Source of the DNA: the human T2T-CHM13v2.0 reference genome, Homo sapiens
Strand: one strand, 5' to 3'
Length of the DNA stretch: 64,000 nucleotides
Assembly: GCF_009914755.1 (NCBI RefSeq)
Contig: NC_060926.1
Position 1 is the stretch's first letter. Each line of letters starts with the position of its first letter. Below are positions 1 through 14,280 of the stretch, piece by piece. The position numbers and the translations under genes are program-made. Under the pieces are notes generated by a model. It saw only the letters and a list, made by a program, of their open reading frames with translations. It was not told where the DNA came from and searched no databases.

Positions 1-637
1 CTGTGTGTCCTTCATCAATCAAACATGCTCCATCATTTTGCAGCATTCAAAACCAAGGAGACTGCTTCAAAGTTAGTCATCCCCATAATTCACTTTAATA
101 AAGGTTCTTCATAAAGTTATTTTATTAATCCACAAAATGAGAGAGCTCTTTTATAACATGCACCATGGTTTCAGTAGTTTCTTGGTAACCACAGGTCATA
201 AAGGTATTATCTATTTTTAATAACATAAATTTTCCCACTAGTGACAACTCTGAAACTAATGATCATAGCTCATGCAGGCCAAAATCTCAGCTTGGCACAA
301 TGCCAGGGCCCATCTGCACACTCTCCTTTGCTTTCATTTTAGCTACTATGAATAAAAATAACCAAGAGATTGCATATTTAGCTTGTTTTCATTATTTTGC
401 ATTTTTTTATGTATCCAGTGAGCCACCTCCTCAGTAGATAGATTTATCGTTTCTAAATTCCATTGGTAACTTTTACCAACACTAACTGATCACAGTACAG
501 CTGCTGTCCAATGGGTGACTTCGTAGTCATCCAGGCATCAAATGTTTGTCATTCCCTATCCCTTCATCCTCCCATGTGCTTTCACATGTTTCAGTGAGTG
601 AGTTTTATTCCAATGAATTCCAGTTCTGAAACCAACA

Positions 638-1225
638 TTGTTAGGGATCTCTCCAAGACCATCCTCATCCTTAATTATTAGCTAGAAAGACTCAGAAAAG
701 TTGTTATACTTTTGTTTACAGTTTATTACAACAAAGGGATACAGACTAATATCATCAAAAGGAAAAGGAACATGGGGTGAATTCTAGGACAAAGCAGGTG
801 CAAGCTTCCAGATGTCCACTTCGAGAATATCTTGGATGTACCTAATTCTCCTGGCAGCAGTGCATAAAAATGAATGCCAAGTTTTGCCAATCAGGAAAGC
901 CCAAACATGCCTTGGCATCCAGGGTTTCTATTAGGGTCTCTCAGGCAGTCATGTAGCACTTGCATGACTTAACTTAGGTACACAGACTCCAGCAACCCCT
1001 AGATCAAAAACAGGTATTCATGATAAATCATATTGTTATCATAAACTTTAATCAAACTGGTACCAAGTGGCCCAAAGCCTGAGATGTACAAAACACTCTT
1101 ATCAGGCAGAATATTTCAAGGGCTCATTGTTCATCTCCCAGGTATAGGCAAAGAGCTAGTCCTGAAGACATGTCTTTCTTGTAAATGTGCAGGGTTTCAG
1201 CAGCACAGGTCTGCTTTCCTATACC
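638..1225 (-). mobile_element. ERVL-class solo LTR, MER77/MER68/MER21 group
   Basis: Resembles the reverse strand of the MER77/MER68-type consensus (ccaagacca..., gtttattac, gtggcccaa, cactcttatcaggcag, aatgtgcagggttt). Exact family uncertain. Confidence 0.6.
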
Positions 1226-1229
1226 ATAA

Positions 1230-1493
1230 CTTCAATATTAACATCAAGATATTAAATTACAAAATTAGGAAACTACATGTCAATCTCACTCATAAATATA
1301 GATATAGAAATCTTATGCAGATTAACGGAAAACTAAATCTAGTGCTATATAAAGCTATAATACATGATGGCCAAATTAGTCTTGCCTAGGAATAGTAATT
1401 AAGGTAATTTTAAATCTGCTAAAAATAAGAGAAAAATCAAATGAATATCTCAATAGGTGCAGAAAAGGCAGTAACCAAACTTCAAAATTTATC
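1230..1493 (+). mobile_element. Old L1M ORF2 fragment, host of the L1MA insertion; continues after 6893
   Basis: Degenerate ORF2 motif atctcaataggtgcagaaaaggca; colinear ORF2-like sequence resumes after the L1MA. Confidence 0.5.
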
Positions 1494-3387
1494 CCCAGGG
1501 GAATGATATTAGCAAGATGGTTGACTAGAACCCCTGAGCACTTACTGCCCCCCTTCCCAATAAAAACAGCCAAAATAATAAACAACTAAGGTTTGATGAA
1601 AATAACTAAAGGAGAGTGTTGAAGTACATCAAAGGAGTAGAACAAACCCTATAGAGCACGAAAACCCAGGATGGACACATATGGGCATGCAAGAAAATGC
1701 TGGGTCACCACCACCCCAATCCCTAGCTCAGAGCCAGAAGGGACTTCTGTGAAGAAAAGGCAAGTAAGAGGACCCCAGCAGCTTCCATCAACCCCTTGGA
1801 CACCTACAGTCCTCACCATGGAGGATTCCTGCAGTCCTCAAAGGCACTATGCCTAGCTGAGAAAGCTGACTAGAGTCCACACAGCTGTGCTTCCCCCAGA
1901 GAAGGAGCTGTGACTATGTCCCACCCCCTGTGGCACATCAGCTACTGTACTATGCCTTCTTGGAACTGAAACTACTGCTAGAGTATGTTCTGCTCTGGAG
2001 GTGAGTAGCTATGACATCCTTCCATCCCTGAGACTTAGCCACTGCTAAAGTACCCCTGCCAGGTACCCTGCCATCCTCCAGTTGAGCTGCTGCTACACCC
2101 TAGCTCACAAGGCCAAGCAGCCATGGAGGTGCTCCATCTACCCCTCCCAGTTGCTGCTCCACCTTGCTCCCACTGTGCCTGAGCTGAAGCAGTGCCCTGC
2201 CTCCTGGGAAAATAGTACCTTTGCCACTGAGAGCAATCACAGCCGTCCCCCAACCCCTGACAAGCTCCTAAATATAAAAAGCAAATATTAATGAACATGA
2301 GAAATAGATAGCAATATAATAATAGTAGGTAACTTCAATTACCCATTTTCAGCAATGGACAGATCAACCACAGAAAATTAACAAGGAAATACTGCAATTG
2401 AACTTTACTTTAGACAAAATGGACCTAACAGGCGTATACAGCACTTTCCATTCAATAGCAGCAGAATATACATTCTTCTCTTATGCACATGGAACATTCT
2501 CCAGAATACACCATATAGTAACCCACAAAACAAGTTTAAATAAATTTTTAAAAATAAAAACAAGATCAAGTATTATGTCCAATGGCAATGGTATAAAACA
2601 AGAAATGAGGAGGAACTTTGGAAACTATACAAACACATAAAAATTAAGCAGCATGTTCCTGAACAACAAATAGGTCAATGAAGAAATTTTAAAATAAACT
2701 TAAAAATTTCTGGAGGCAAACAGAAATGCTGAATTCTACCAAATACGTCAAGAAGAATTAATATCAATTCTTCTCAAATTATTCTAAAAATTGAAGAGGA
2801 GGGAAGGCTTCCAAATTCATTCCACACAACATACCAAGCCCCTGGAATACAACAAAAGAAGAACCAAGATGGAAGTTTATAGCAATAAATGCCCACATCA
2901 GAAAAGAATAAAAAAAGATATAAAGTAGATAAGATATGTTGCACCTCAAGGAACTAGAAAAAAGAAAAGCCTAACCCAAAATTACTAGAAAAAAAAAAGA
3001 AAAACAGTACAGAAATAAGCAAATGGAGACTAAAAAATTACAAAAGATAAACAAAAAGTTTATTTTGTGAAATGATTAAAACCAAAAAACCTTTACCAAG
3101 AAAAGACAGAAGACTCAATAAGAAAAATCAAAGATGAAAAATGAAACATTATAACTGATATGATAGACAAAGGATCCTAAAAGAATATTATGAAAAACTA
3201 TATGCCAACAAATTGTGAAACTTAGAAGAAATGGATAAATTCCTGGATACACACAGCCTAACCAGGCTGATTAATGAAGAAATAGAAAATCTGAACAGAC
3301 CAATAATGAATAACGAGGTTAAAGCAGTAATAAAAATTTTCCCATCAAAGAAAGCCCAGGACCTGATGGCTTCACTACTGAATTCTA

Positions 3388-3718
<331 letters not shown>

Positions 3719-4275
3719 TTATTCTCAGATTATTCCAAAAATTGAAGAGGAGGGGATTCTTCCAAACTCAGTCTACAAGTCCAGCATTACCTAGATACCG
3801 AAACCACCAAAAAAAGGCACTAACAAAAAAAGGAAACTACAGGTTAATATTCCTGATGAACATAAATACAAGAATTCTAAATAAAAAACTGACAAATCAA
3901 ATTCAACAACACATTAAAAAGGATCATTCACCATGATCCCAGGGATGAAAGGATGGTTCAACATATGCAAATCAATAAACATGATCAATCACATTAACAG
4001 AATAAAGGACAAAACCATATAAGCAATCTTGATAGACACAGAAAAAGCATTTGATGAAATTCAACATCTCTTCATCATAAAAGCTCTACACAAATTAGAC
4101 ACAGAAGGTATGTACCTCAACACAATAAAAGCCATAAAGGACAAACCCATAGCTAACATCACACAGAATGGGGAAAAGTTGAAAGCTTTTCCTCTAAGAT
4201 CTAGAACATGACAAGAATGGCCACTTTTACCACTCCTATTCAACATAGCACTGAAAGTCCTAGCAAGGGCAATTG

Positions 4276-4571
<296 letters not shown>

Positions 4572-5803
4572 CTAATAGGAAATAAGGACATCAAAATCCC
4601 TGTTTGCAGATGACATGATTTTTTATAAAGAAAACCCTAAAGACTCCACCAAAAACTATAAGAACTAATAAATGTATTCAGTAAAGTTGCAGGATACAAA
4701 ATCAACATACAAAATTAGTAGTGTTTCTATACACTAATAGCTAACTATCTGAGAAAGGAAACAAAAAAGCATCTCATTTACAACAGCTAAAAAAGGTAAG
4801 ATACTTAGGAACACATTAAACCAAGGAAGTGAAGAATCTTTATACTGAAACTATGAAACAATTATGAAAGAAATTGAAGAGGACTCAAATCAATGGAAAG
4901 ATATCCCATGTTCAGGGACTGGAAGAATTACTATTGCTAAATGCTCATACTACACACAGCAATCTACAGATTCAATGTAATCCTTATAAAAATACCAATT
5001 ACATTCTTAATAGAAATAGAAAAAATCCTGAAGTTTGTATGAAATCTTAAAAGACCTTGAATAGCCAAAGCAATCTTGAGCAAAAAGAACAAAGCTGGAG
5101 GATCACACTGCCTGACTTCAAAACATACTACAGAGCTAAAGTAACCTAAATAGTTTGGTAGAGTCATAAAAACAGACATGTAGACAAATGGAACAGAACA
5201 AAAATCTCAGAAATAAATCCATGCATCTACGCCTAACTGATTTTTGACAAAGTTGTCAAGAACAAACACTGGGGAAAGGATAGTCTCTTCAATACATGAT
5301 GCTGAGAAAACTGAACACCCACATGCGGAAGAATAAAACTAGACTCCTGACTCTCACAATATAAAAATTAACTCAAATGAATTAAAGACTTAAATGTGAG
5401 ACTTGAAATCATGAAATTACTAGAGGGAAATGCTTCATGACATTGGTCTGGACAAGGATTTTCAGGATAAGACCTCAAAAGCACAGATAACTAAAGCAGA
5501 AATAGACAATGAGATTGCATCAAACTAAAATGCTCTGCGTAGCTAAGGAAATAACAGAATGAAGAGGCAACTTACAGATCGATCGGGAGAAAACATTCAC
5601 AAACTATACATCTGACAGGTGGCTAATATCCAGATTATACAAAGAACTCAAATAGCTCAATAGTAATAATAATAATAATAATAATTTGTGAAAGTAGAAC
5701 AAAAGACTTGTACAGAAATTTCTCAATAAAATACATAAAAATGTCAACAGGTATATGAAAAAATCACAAATCATCAGGAGAATGCAAATCAAAATCACAA
5801 TGA

Positions 5804-6105
<302 letters not shown>

Positions 6106-7772
6106 ATACACACAATGAGATATCACCTCACACCAGTTAAAACAGTATGGAGGTTTCTCAAAATATTAAAAATAGACCTACCATATGATCCAGCAATCCC
6201 ACTACTGGGTATATGTCCAAAGAAAAGGAAATTAGTATGTTGAAGGGATAAATGCACTCTCATAGTTATTGTAGCAGTATTCACAATAGCTGAGATATGA
6301 AAACATCCTAGGTGTGTTTCATCAAATCAATGGATAAAGGAAATGTGGTATGTCTACACAATGGAATATTATACAACCTTTAAAAGGAAGGAAATTCTGT
6401 CATTTGGGACAATATAGATGAACCTGGAGGACATTATGTTTAGTGAAATAAGCCAAATACAGAATGACAAATACTGCATGGTTTCACTCATATGTGGAAT
6501 CTAAAAATTGATCTCATAGAAATAGTGAATAGAATAGTGATTACCGAAGGCTGGGGTAGTGGGGAGGGAATGAAGACAGAAGGTTGGTCAATGGGTACAA
6601 AGTTATAGTTAGATAGGAGGAATAAGTTCTGGTCTTCTATTGCACACTAGGGTGACTATAGTTAACAATAATGTATTATATATTTTAAAATAGCTAGAAG
6701 AAAGAATTTTGAATATTCTCAATGAAATGATTACTGTTTGATGTGATGAATTTGCTAATTACCCTGATTTGATTATTATATAATGTATACATATATTGAA
6801 ACTTCATTCTATCCTATAAATATGTACCATATAAACATGTATGGTCATTATGCATCAGTTAAAAATTTAATAAAGTATGCAAAATTTTTATCAACTTTTA
6901 AATACAAAAAATTCCTTAGTCTAAGAATGAATAGCTTAATAAAACCTACAAGATACATAATTTTTAATAGTGATATGTTATTCTCTTTTAATTAGGAAAA
7001 TGATCAGCTGTATTCAATTGTCCTCTGATTCAACATAGTAAGAAATATAGAAAATAAAAAGTAGAATGACTAGAAATATGGTTTTATTCACAGTTATAAC
7101 TAAATATACATAAAACCAAAAGAATAATAACAGAGTTTAGTGAGTTTGCCAGATATAAAATATTTAAATACAAATTTAAGTGTATACTGACACAATGGAT
7201 AGAATATGTGACTTACAAAAAGATACTATTTATAGTAGCAGGCAGAAATAATAAAAGATCACAGAAAACATGTAAGATAATTAAGGAAAAATTTAAAACA
7301 CCACAGATACATACTTCTAAATTCCTAAGTAAATGGTGAGACTGTAAATATTTATTAATAAAATGTTGCAGTATGTTATTATCAGTGTTCCCTAAATTGA
7401 TGTATATCATTTAATGTGAACAATATCTCAATAACATAATTTTTTGGCAATTTACAATTTTTATTGTCATACTATATACCAAGGTTTTTTTCCTAAAGCT
7501 ATATTAACTCAAATAGTTCGGTAATATTTCAGGAAAAGATGACAAGAGCAATGGCACAGAATGGAGAATCCAGTTGCACACTCATATATACATGGAAACT
7601 TGGTTTAAGACACAGTTGATATATGTTAGTGAGTGAAGGAGAGGTTAAAGTGGAATAAATAATACTGGGAATATTATCTCTGCCTGATTATGCAACAAAA
7701 ATCAAAACCAGGTTGCTAAAAGATCTAAATGTGAGGGCTTAAACTATAAACATTTCTTATAATCTAAGCACA

Positions 7773-7975
7773 TGTATCATCCAGGGTTCTCAAAAAAAAA
7801 AAAAAAATCAGTAACACCCACCCACAATGTCAAGGGTGACTTCCTTTACTTGAAGTCAACTGTTTGTAGATGCTAACCATATCTACAAAATACCTTCACA
7901 GCTACACCTAGATTACCATTTGATTAAGTCACCAGGTTCTAGAGAGTAGCAAAGTTGACACATGAAACTATCACA
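7773..7975 (-). mobile_element. MLT2-family (ERVL) solo LTR with large internal deletion
   Basis: Both termini present (tgtatcatccagggttctc ... aagttgacacatgaaactatcaca); TSD gcaca/gaaca. Confidence 0.75.
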
Positions 7976-8184
7976 GAACATATCTGAGAGGCTTGAGAAT
8001 AAAGATACAAGAAACATAACAAGGAAAAAATTAATAAACTTGACTACTCAAAATTAAGAATTTTAGTTTATCAATATATACCATAAACTAAAATGTAAAA
8101 TATACATACACATTGTACTTTATGGTATATATGGTGTGTGTGTATATATATATACACATATATAACTGACAAATGTTTAGTATT

Positions 8185-9123
8185 GTGAGAGAAAATATTC
8201 AAAATCTATGCATCTCATAAAGGATTAATATCCAGAATCTACAAGGAACTCAAACAAATCGGCAAGAGAAGAACAAATAATCCCATCAAAAAGTGTGCAA
8301 AGGATGTGAATAGACAATTCTGAAAAGAGGATATACAAACAGCCAACAAACATACGAAAGAATGCCCAACATTACTAATTATCGGGGAAATGCAAATAAA
8401 ACCGCAATGAGATACCACCTTAATCCTGCAAGACTAGCCATAATTTTTGATATAAAAGTCAAAAAGTAGATGTTGGCTTGGATGTGGTGAAAAGGGAACA
8501 CTTTTGCACTACTGGTGGAAATGGAAACTAGTCCAACCACTATGGAAAATAGTATGGAGATTCCTTAAAGAACTAAATGTAGAACTACCATCTGATCCAG
8601 CAATCCCACTACTGGGTATCTACCCAGAGGAAAAGTCATTATATGAAAAACACATTTGCACATGCATATTTATAGCAGCACAATTTGCAATTGCAAAAAT
8701 ATGAGACCAACCTAAGTACCCATCAACCAACAAGAGGATAAAGAAAATGTGGTATATATACACCATGGAATACTACTCAGCCATAAAAAGGAATGAAATA
8801 ATGTCATTTGCAGCAACTTGGATGGAGCAGGAGGCCATTATTCTAAGTGGAGTAACTAAGGAATGGAAAACCAAATATTGTATGTTCTCACTTGTAAGTG
8901 GGAGCTAAGCTATGACGATGCAAAGGCCTAAGAATGATAAAATGAACTCTGGGGATTTGGTGGTGGGAAGGGTAGGAGGAAGGTGAGGGATAAAAGACTA
9001 CATACTGGGTACAGTGTACCCTGCTCAGGCAATGGGTACATCAAAATCCCAGAAATTACCACTAAAGAACTCATCCATGTAACCAAAAACCACCTGTACC
9101 CCAAAACCTATTGAAATAAAAAA
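8185..9123 (+). mobile_element. L1PB1-like, 5'-truncated
   Basis: ORF2 C-terminal peptide (ORF 8504-8704); L1PB-type end accacctgtaccccaaaacctattgaaataaa. Confidence 0.88.
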
Positions 9124-9828
9124 GGTCCCCTGAAGTCCAAAAAAGACATATTTGACTTATTTGGTATATAAAAATCATAGAGGAAGCACTATCAAGTTAA
9201 AAAAAAAAAGCATATAAAGCACTTCTATAGATTAATAAGAAAAAGATAAGAACCAAAATAGAAAGTAAATAGAAAAATATGAAAAGATCCAACACATAAA
9301 AAACAAATGAACAATAAGCATACAAAAAATATTACATCTCATTAGTAATCAGGAAAATACACATTCAAGTCTCCAAAGAGATAATATTCCATATCCACTT
9401 AATGAATAAAAACTAAATTACTTGATAATACCATGCTCATAAGGATATGAATTAAGAATCTTTGTAGACTGCTAGTGGCAGGAAAACCACTATAGAAAAC
9501 AATTTGGCATATTCAGATAATTGAAAAGCGTTAACAGAAATTTCACTCCTTCTCAGGTACACAAAAGAAAACTCTTTCCTCTGCATACCAGAAGGCACAT
9601 CCAAAAATATTCAAAGCAATGTTGTTTTATAATATAAGAAAAAATAATGGAAACAACCCAAATATCCATGAACAGAATCTTGGCTTAATAAATGGCTGGC
9701 TATTCATAGACTGGAATACTCTACTATGCCATTGCACAGCCTATAGAAACACACATACATGAGCCTTAGAAATATATTAATTATTTTAAAAAAGCAATCT
9801 TCAGGAGAATATACACTTGTATGTGGCA

Positions 9829-10098
9829 TTAAGATAAACTCATAGAAACAGTAGACCAGTAGTTGCCAGGGACTGGGAGGTGTGGGAAATGGAGAGATGT
9901 TGATCAATGGGTGCAAACTTTCAGTTATAAGATGAATAAATTATGGGGATCGTATGTAAAGGATGGGTAGCTACAGATTTGTTCATTAATTTGATTGTGA
10001 TAATCATTACACAATGTATACATATATCAGATCATCAGGTTGCACATCTTGAATACATACAACCTTTGTCTATTAAATGTTCTAAAGTTTTTAAAAAA
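9829..10098 (+). mobile_element. L1MA9/L1MB-type 3' UTR fragment
   Basis: gttgccagggactggg...gggtgcaaactttcagttataagatgaataa...gataatcattacacaatgtatacatatatc. Confidence 0.65.
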
Positions 10099-11976
10099 CA
10101 AAGCATGCAAAACTAAACATTGAGTAAAATTATAAAGATGAGCAAAAGGATTCTATAATGACGACTGAGACCATAGTTGCTTATGAGTGGAAAAAGGAGG
10201 ACCAGATTGGTGAGGGAGGAATCAGGCCTTTAAAGATTTCTGTTAACCCTCGGTTTATCAAACTGAGTATTCATATGCTAATGTTTGTTATGTGTTTATC
10301 CATTTTAATCTCCACATGTTATAAATATTTCTCTGTCCATACTTAAAATTTTATCACTGAAATCCTTCCAATTTGCAACACTGAAATAGCTTTAGGCTTT
10401 TTAAAAAGAGTATATTCATCCTCACCTAACAATATACTATTTCCAAAATAAGCAGGATCAGTAACTAACATCAAACTTTTAAAAAATTATATAAATTAAG
10501 AGGCTTCTAAGTGGCTCAAGATCATCCCCCTCTTCTGAGTTTTCCTATATCTCTTCCTCTATATCTTCTGCCTATTTTTCACTTTTATTTCAACTCAGTG
10601 TAAATCATGCCAAAGGTTCATACTTTTGAAGTTGATAGTATCAACCTCATGCACTACTCTACCTTCTAGAAAAGGTGTCCGCATCCTACAGCCTCCATAG
10701 ATCTTTATTTTTTGGCTTAGCATAGTGCTTACTTTTCCACATTTAATATTTAACACTAAAAATAATTATTGACTTAGACCCCTCCAATGTGGCCATTTGA
10801 AGTCATGTAAAATCCTTGCCATTAAAATCTACAGTATTCTCCTAATGACACTCTATTAAAAATAAGAAGTTGTGCTTTATTTTGGACCCCTCCTTTTAGG
10901 TCACATTTTGATTCTAATCTCTGTGTAGCTAAACTGGAAGGCCATGAAGATCAGTACGTAACTTAAGTTTTTTGTTTTGGTTTGGTTTTACCTCCATATC
11001 TTTTCATGCCTTTGACCTTTAGAAGATTTGCAGTGGTGAATCTAGTTTTCAAAAAATGATTGAATACTCACAGGACACTTACGCGGCTTTTGTTTTGGCC
11101 AGACCTATCTGAGATAAAAACAGAGCCTTTGTGTGATAAAAACAGAGCCTTCAGAACCCATTTTTTTTTAACGGTGCCAGACGTTCAGCTAGTAAGGTAT
11201 TCAGTGCTAGGATACATAAATATTTTCCCTGTCAATGAGCGAATACAAAAATGTTTTAAAAGAGGATGACCAGAAACTTCTGTTTTGACAAACTATGAAG
11301 AAAATAAAGATCAATATTAAGCACTTTCAGCCAACAGCCCTTTGAGGCCAATGTATACCTTTAAAAATAAATAAAGTGTACCAATTATATACATTGTTCA
11401 TATATTAGTTATTCTTGGGGTCAAAATTAGAAAAACAATACATATAAAATGTGGCTGATCTGTAACTTTAACTAACACTGGGTCATATATTTCCTTACCA
11501 GCTCCAAAAACAGTCAGGCCCACTTAAGTCATTGAAACAAAGACATTTATATTATTATTCTTTGGGAGATGGGGGACAGGGTTAATTAATTAATTAATAC
11601 TTCTACCTTTGCTAAAATCTACAGTTAGTTTATAATTTTCCTTTTTCATTAGCAAATTAGTAATCATTTTTATTAGAAACATATTTCTTTTTGGCACAGT
11701 TTCAAACATGAAAAATTCCAAACTAATATACCAAAACCTAAAGACTCCAGTATTGAAACATAACTGAGTCATCCAAATGCCAAAGCTATTAGGTAGTCAC
11801 AGTGATTCTAAAATTCAGTTTACTGAATACTTTTCTGAGATTTGAGAAATAGATGATAATGTCAGATCAGCATATTTACATTTCACATATGATGAAAAGC
11901 TAATGACTGTAGCAATGTAGTTATACAATCTCATTCATGAAAGGTTTACAAAAAAGAGTTCTGAAACAACTGGTAT

Positions 11977-12230
11977 TGTAAGCAGAATAGTAGCCTCCCA
12001 AAGATATCCATATCCTAATCCCTGAAGTCTATGAATATGTTTTTACATGTTAAAAGTGACTTTGCAGATGTGATTAAGGATGTTGAGACAGGGATATTAT
12101 CTCAAATTATCCGTGTAGGGCCCAATGTAATCACAAAAATCCATAGAAGTGAAGGAAGGAGGCAGGACAGACAAGAAGATTTGATGACAAAAACAGAAGT
12201 CAGACAAAGACAGAGGGATTCAGAAGGATC
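11977..12230 (+). mobile_element. MLT1D-like MaLR LTR, 5' part
   Basis: tgtaagcagaatagtagcctcccaaagatatcca...gactttgcagatgtgattaagga...gggcccaatgtaatcaca. Confidence 0.75.
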
Positions 12231-12417
12231 TCTTCTCCTAAACAATGACTGTATCAACACAAATATTACAAATTATTAAAATTTATAAGTTGCAGCCCAA
12301 GTTGTAAGCAAATGAGAGTAGTATCCCATTAACATTTTTTATCTTTGCCAAATATGAGTGCCAGAAGGAGGGAGAAAATAAACAAGATGTTCAATTCAAA
12401 GCATTATTCAACAACCA

Positions 12418-12520
12418 GGAAAGGGGAGGGGAGGGAAGGAGAGCGGGGAAGGGATGGGAGGGGGAGGAGAAGGAAGTGGAGGAGAAGTAAGGGGAGGGGA
12501 AGGGGAGGGACGGGAGTGGA
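12418..12520. repeat. GA-rich polypurine low-complexity tract
   Basis: Almost pure A/G with many GGG/GGGG runs. Confidence 0.85.
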
Positions 12521-12524
12521 AACA

Positions 12525-13616
12525 AGGTCGAGTTCTGGTGAGCACTCTCTTTCTAGCTTGCAGACAGGTGCCTTTGTGTCATGTGCTCACATCACCGTTG
12601 CTAGATATGTGTCTATGGAGACAAAGAGATCTCTCTCTCTTCTTCTCATAAGGCCACCAATCCCATTGGTATAGGATTCCACCCTTATTTCCTCATTTAG
12701 CCTAAATTACCTTTTAAAAGCCCTAATTTTTTTTTTATTTATTTTTTAATTTTAAGTTCCAGGGTGCACATGCAGGATGTGCAGGTTTGTTACATAGGTA
12801 AACGTGTGCCATGGTAGTTTGCTGCACCTGTCAACCCATCACCTAGGTATTAAGCCCAGCATGCATTAGCTATTTTCCCTGATTTTCTCTATCCATCAGC
12901 ATCCCAGCCACCCCCAACAGACCCCAGTGTGTATTTCTCCCCTCCCTGTGTCCGTGGGTTCTCATCGTTCAACTCCCAACTTATGAGTGAGAACGTGTGG
13001 TGTTTGGTTTTCTATTCCTACATCGGTTTGCTGACAATAACGGCTTCCAGCTCCATCCTTGTCCCTGCAAAGGACATGATCTCATTCCTTTTTATGGCTG
13101 CAGAGTATTCCATGGTGTATCCATACCACATTTTCTTTACCCATTCTGTCATTGATGGGCATCTGGGTTGATTCCATGTCTTTGCTATTGTAAATAGTGC
13201 TGCAATGAACATATGCGTACATGTATCTTTATAATAGAATGATTTGTATTCCTTTGGGTATATACCCAGTAATGGAATTCCTGGATCAAATGGTATTTCT
13301 GGTTCTAAATCTTTGAGGAATTGCCACATTGTCTTCCACAAAGGTTAAACCAATTTACATTCCCACCAAGAGTGTAAAAGCATTCCTGTTTCTCCACAAC
13401 CTTGCCAGCATCTGATGTTTATTGGCTTTTTAATAACTGACATTCTGACTGGTGTGAGATAGCATCTCATTGTGGTTTTGATTTGCATTTCTCTAATGAT
13501 CAGTGATATTGAGCTTTTTTATATGTTTGTTTTAAAAGCCCTATTTTTAAATACAGTCACATCAGGTTGGGGCTTCAACGTAAGAATTTTGGAGGGATAC
13601 AATTCAGCCTAGAGCA
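12525..13616 (-). mobile_element. MLT1A/MLT1A0-like LTR (3' LTR of a provirus), split by L1PA
   Basis: Halves at 12525-12725 and 13530-13616 join to match MLT1A0. Polypurine tract (ttccacccc on +) follows at 13617. Confidence 0.8.
12726..13529 (-). mobile_element. L1PA8/L1PA10-like, 5'-truncated
   Basis: T-rich tail at left; ORF2 C-terminal peptide (ORF 13018-13341); 14-bp TSD ttttaaaagcccta (12712-12725 / 13530-13543). Confidence 0.9.
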
Positions 13617-13978
13617 TTCCACCCCTGCTCCCCCAAATTAATGGCCTTCTCACATGCAAAGTACATTCATTCTAACCCAATAGCTCCAAAAATCTTAAAT
13701 AATTCTAGCATCAAGTCTAAAGTCTGGAGTCTAAGCTAAATATCATCTATATCAGATATGAGTGACTCTAGGTGAAATTCATCATGAGGCAAAATTCCGT
13801 TCCAGTTATGAACCTGTGAAACCACACGAGTTATGTGCTTCCAAAATGCAATGGTGGGATAGGCTCACAATATACATTCCCATTTCAAAAGGCAGAAACC
13901 AGGAGGAAGTAAGGAGTGAAGGGTCTCAAGCAAGTCCAAAACCTAGTAAGGCAAATTTCATTAACTCTTAAGACTCAA

Positions 13979-14280
<302 letters not shown>

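Larger units (their letters stand above)
6893..10345 (+). mobile_element. Highly diverged L1M (L1MC/ME-type) ORF2-3' UTR relic, interrupted by MLT2, L1PB1 and an L1MA9/MB piece
   Basis: Colinear degenerate ORF2 and 3' motifs (agagtttagtgagtttgccagatataaaat; aaagatctaaatgtgag; attagtaatcaggaaaatac; ggaaacaacccaaatatcca). Confidence 0.6.

Noticed and set aside
1084-1389. 101-aa ORF
   Set aside because: Spans an LTR end and an old L1 fragment; a chance ORF.
12345-12674. R/G-rich 109-aa ORF
   Set aside because: Translation of the GA-rich tract plus MLT1A LTR sequence.
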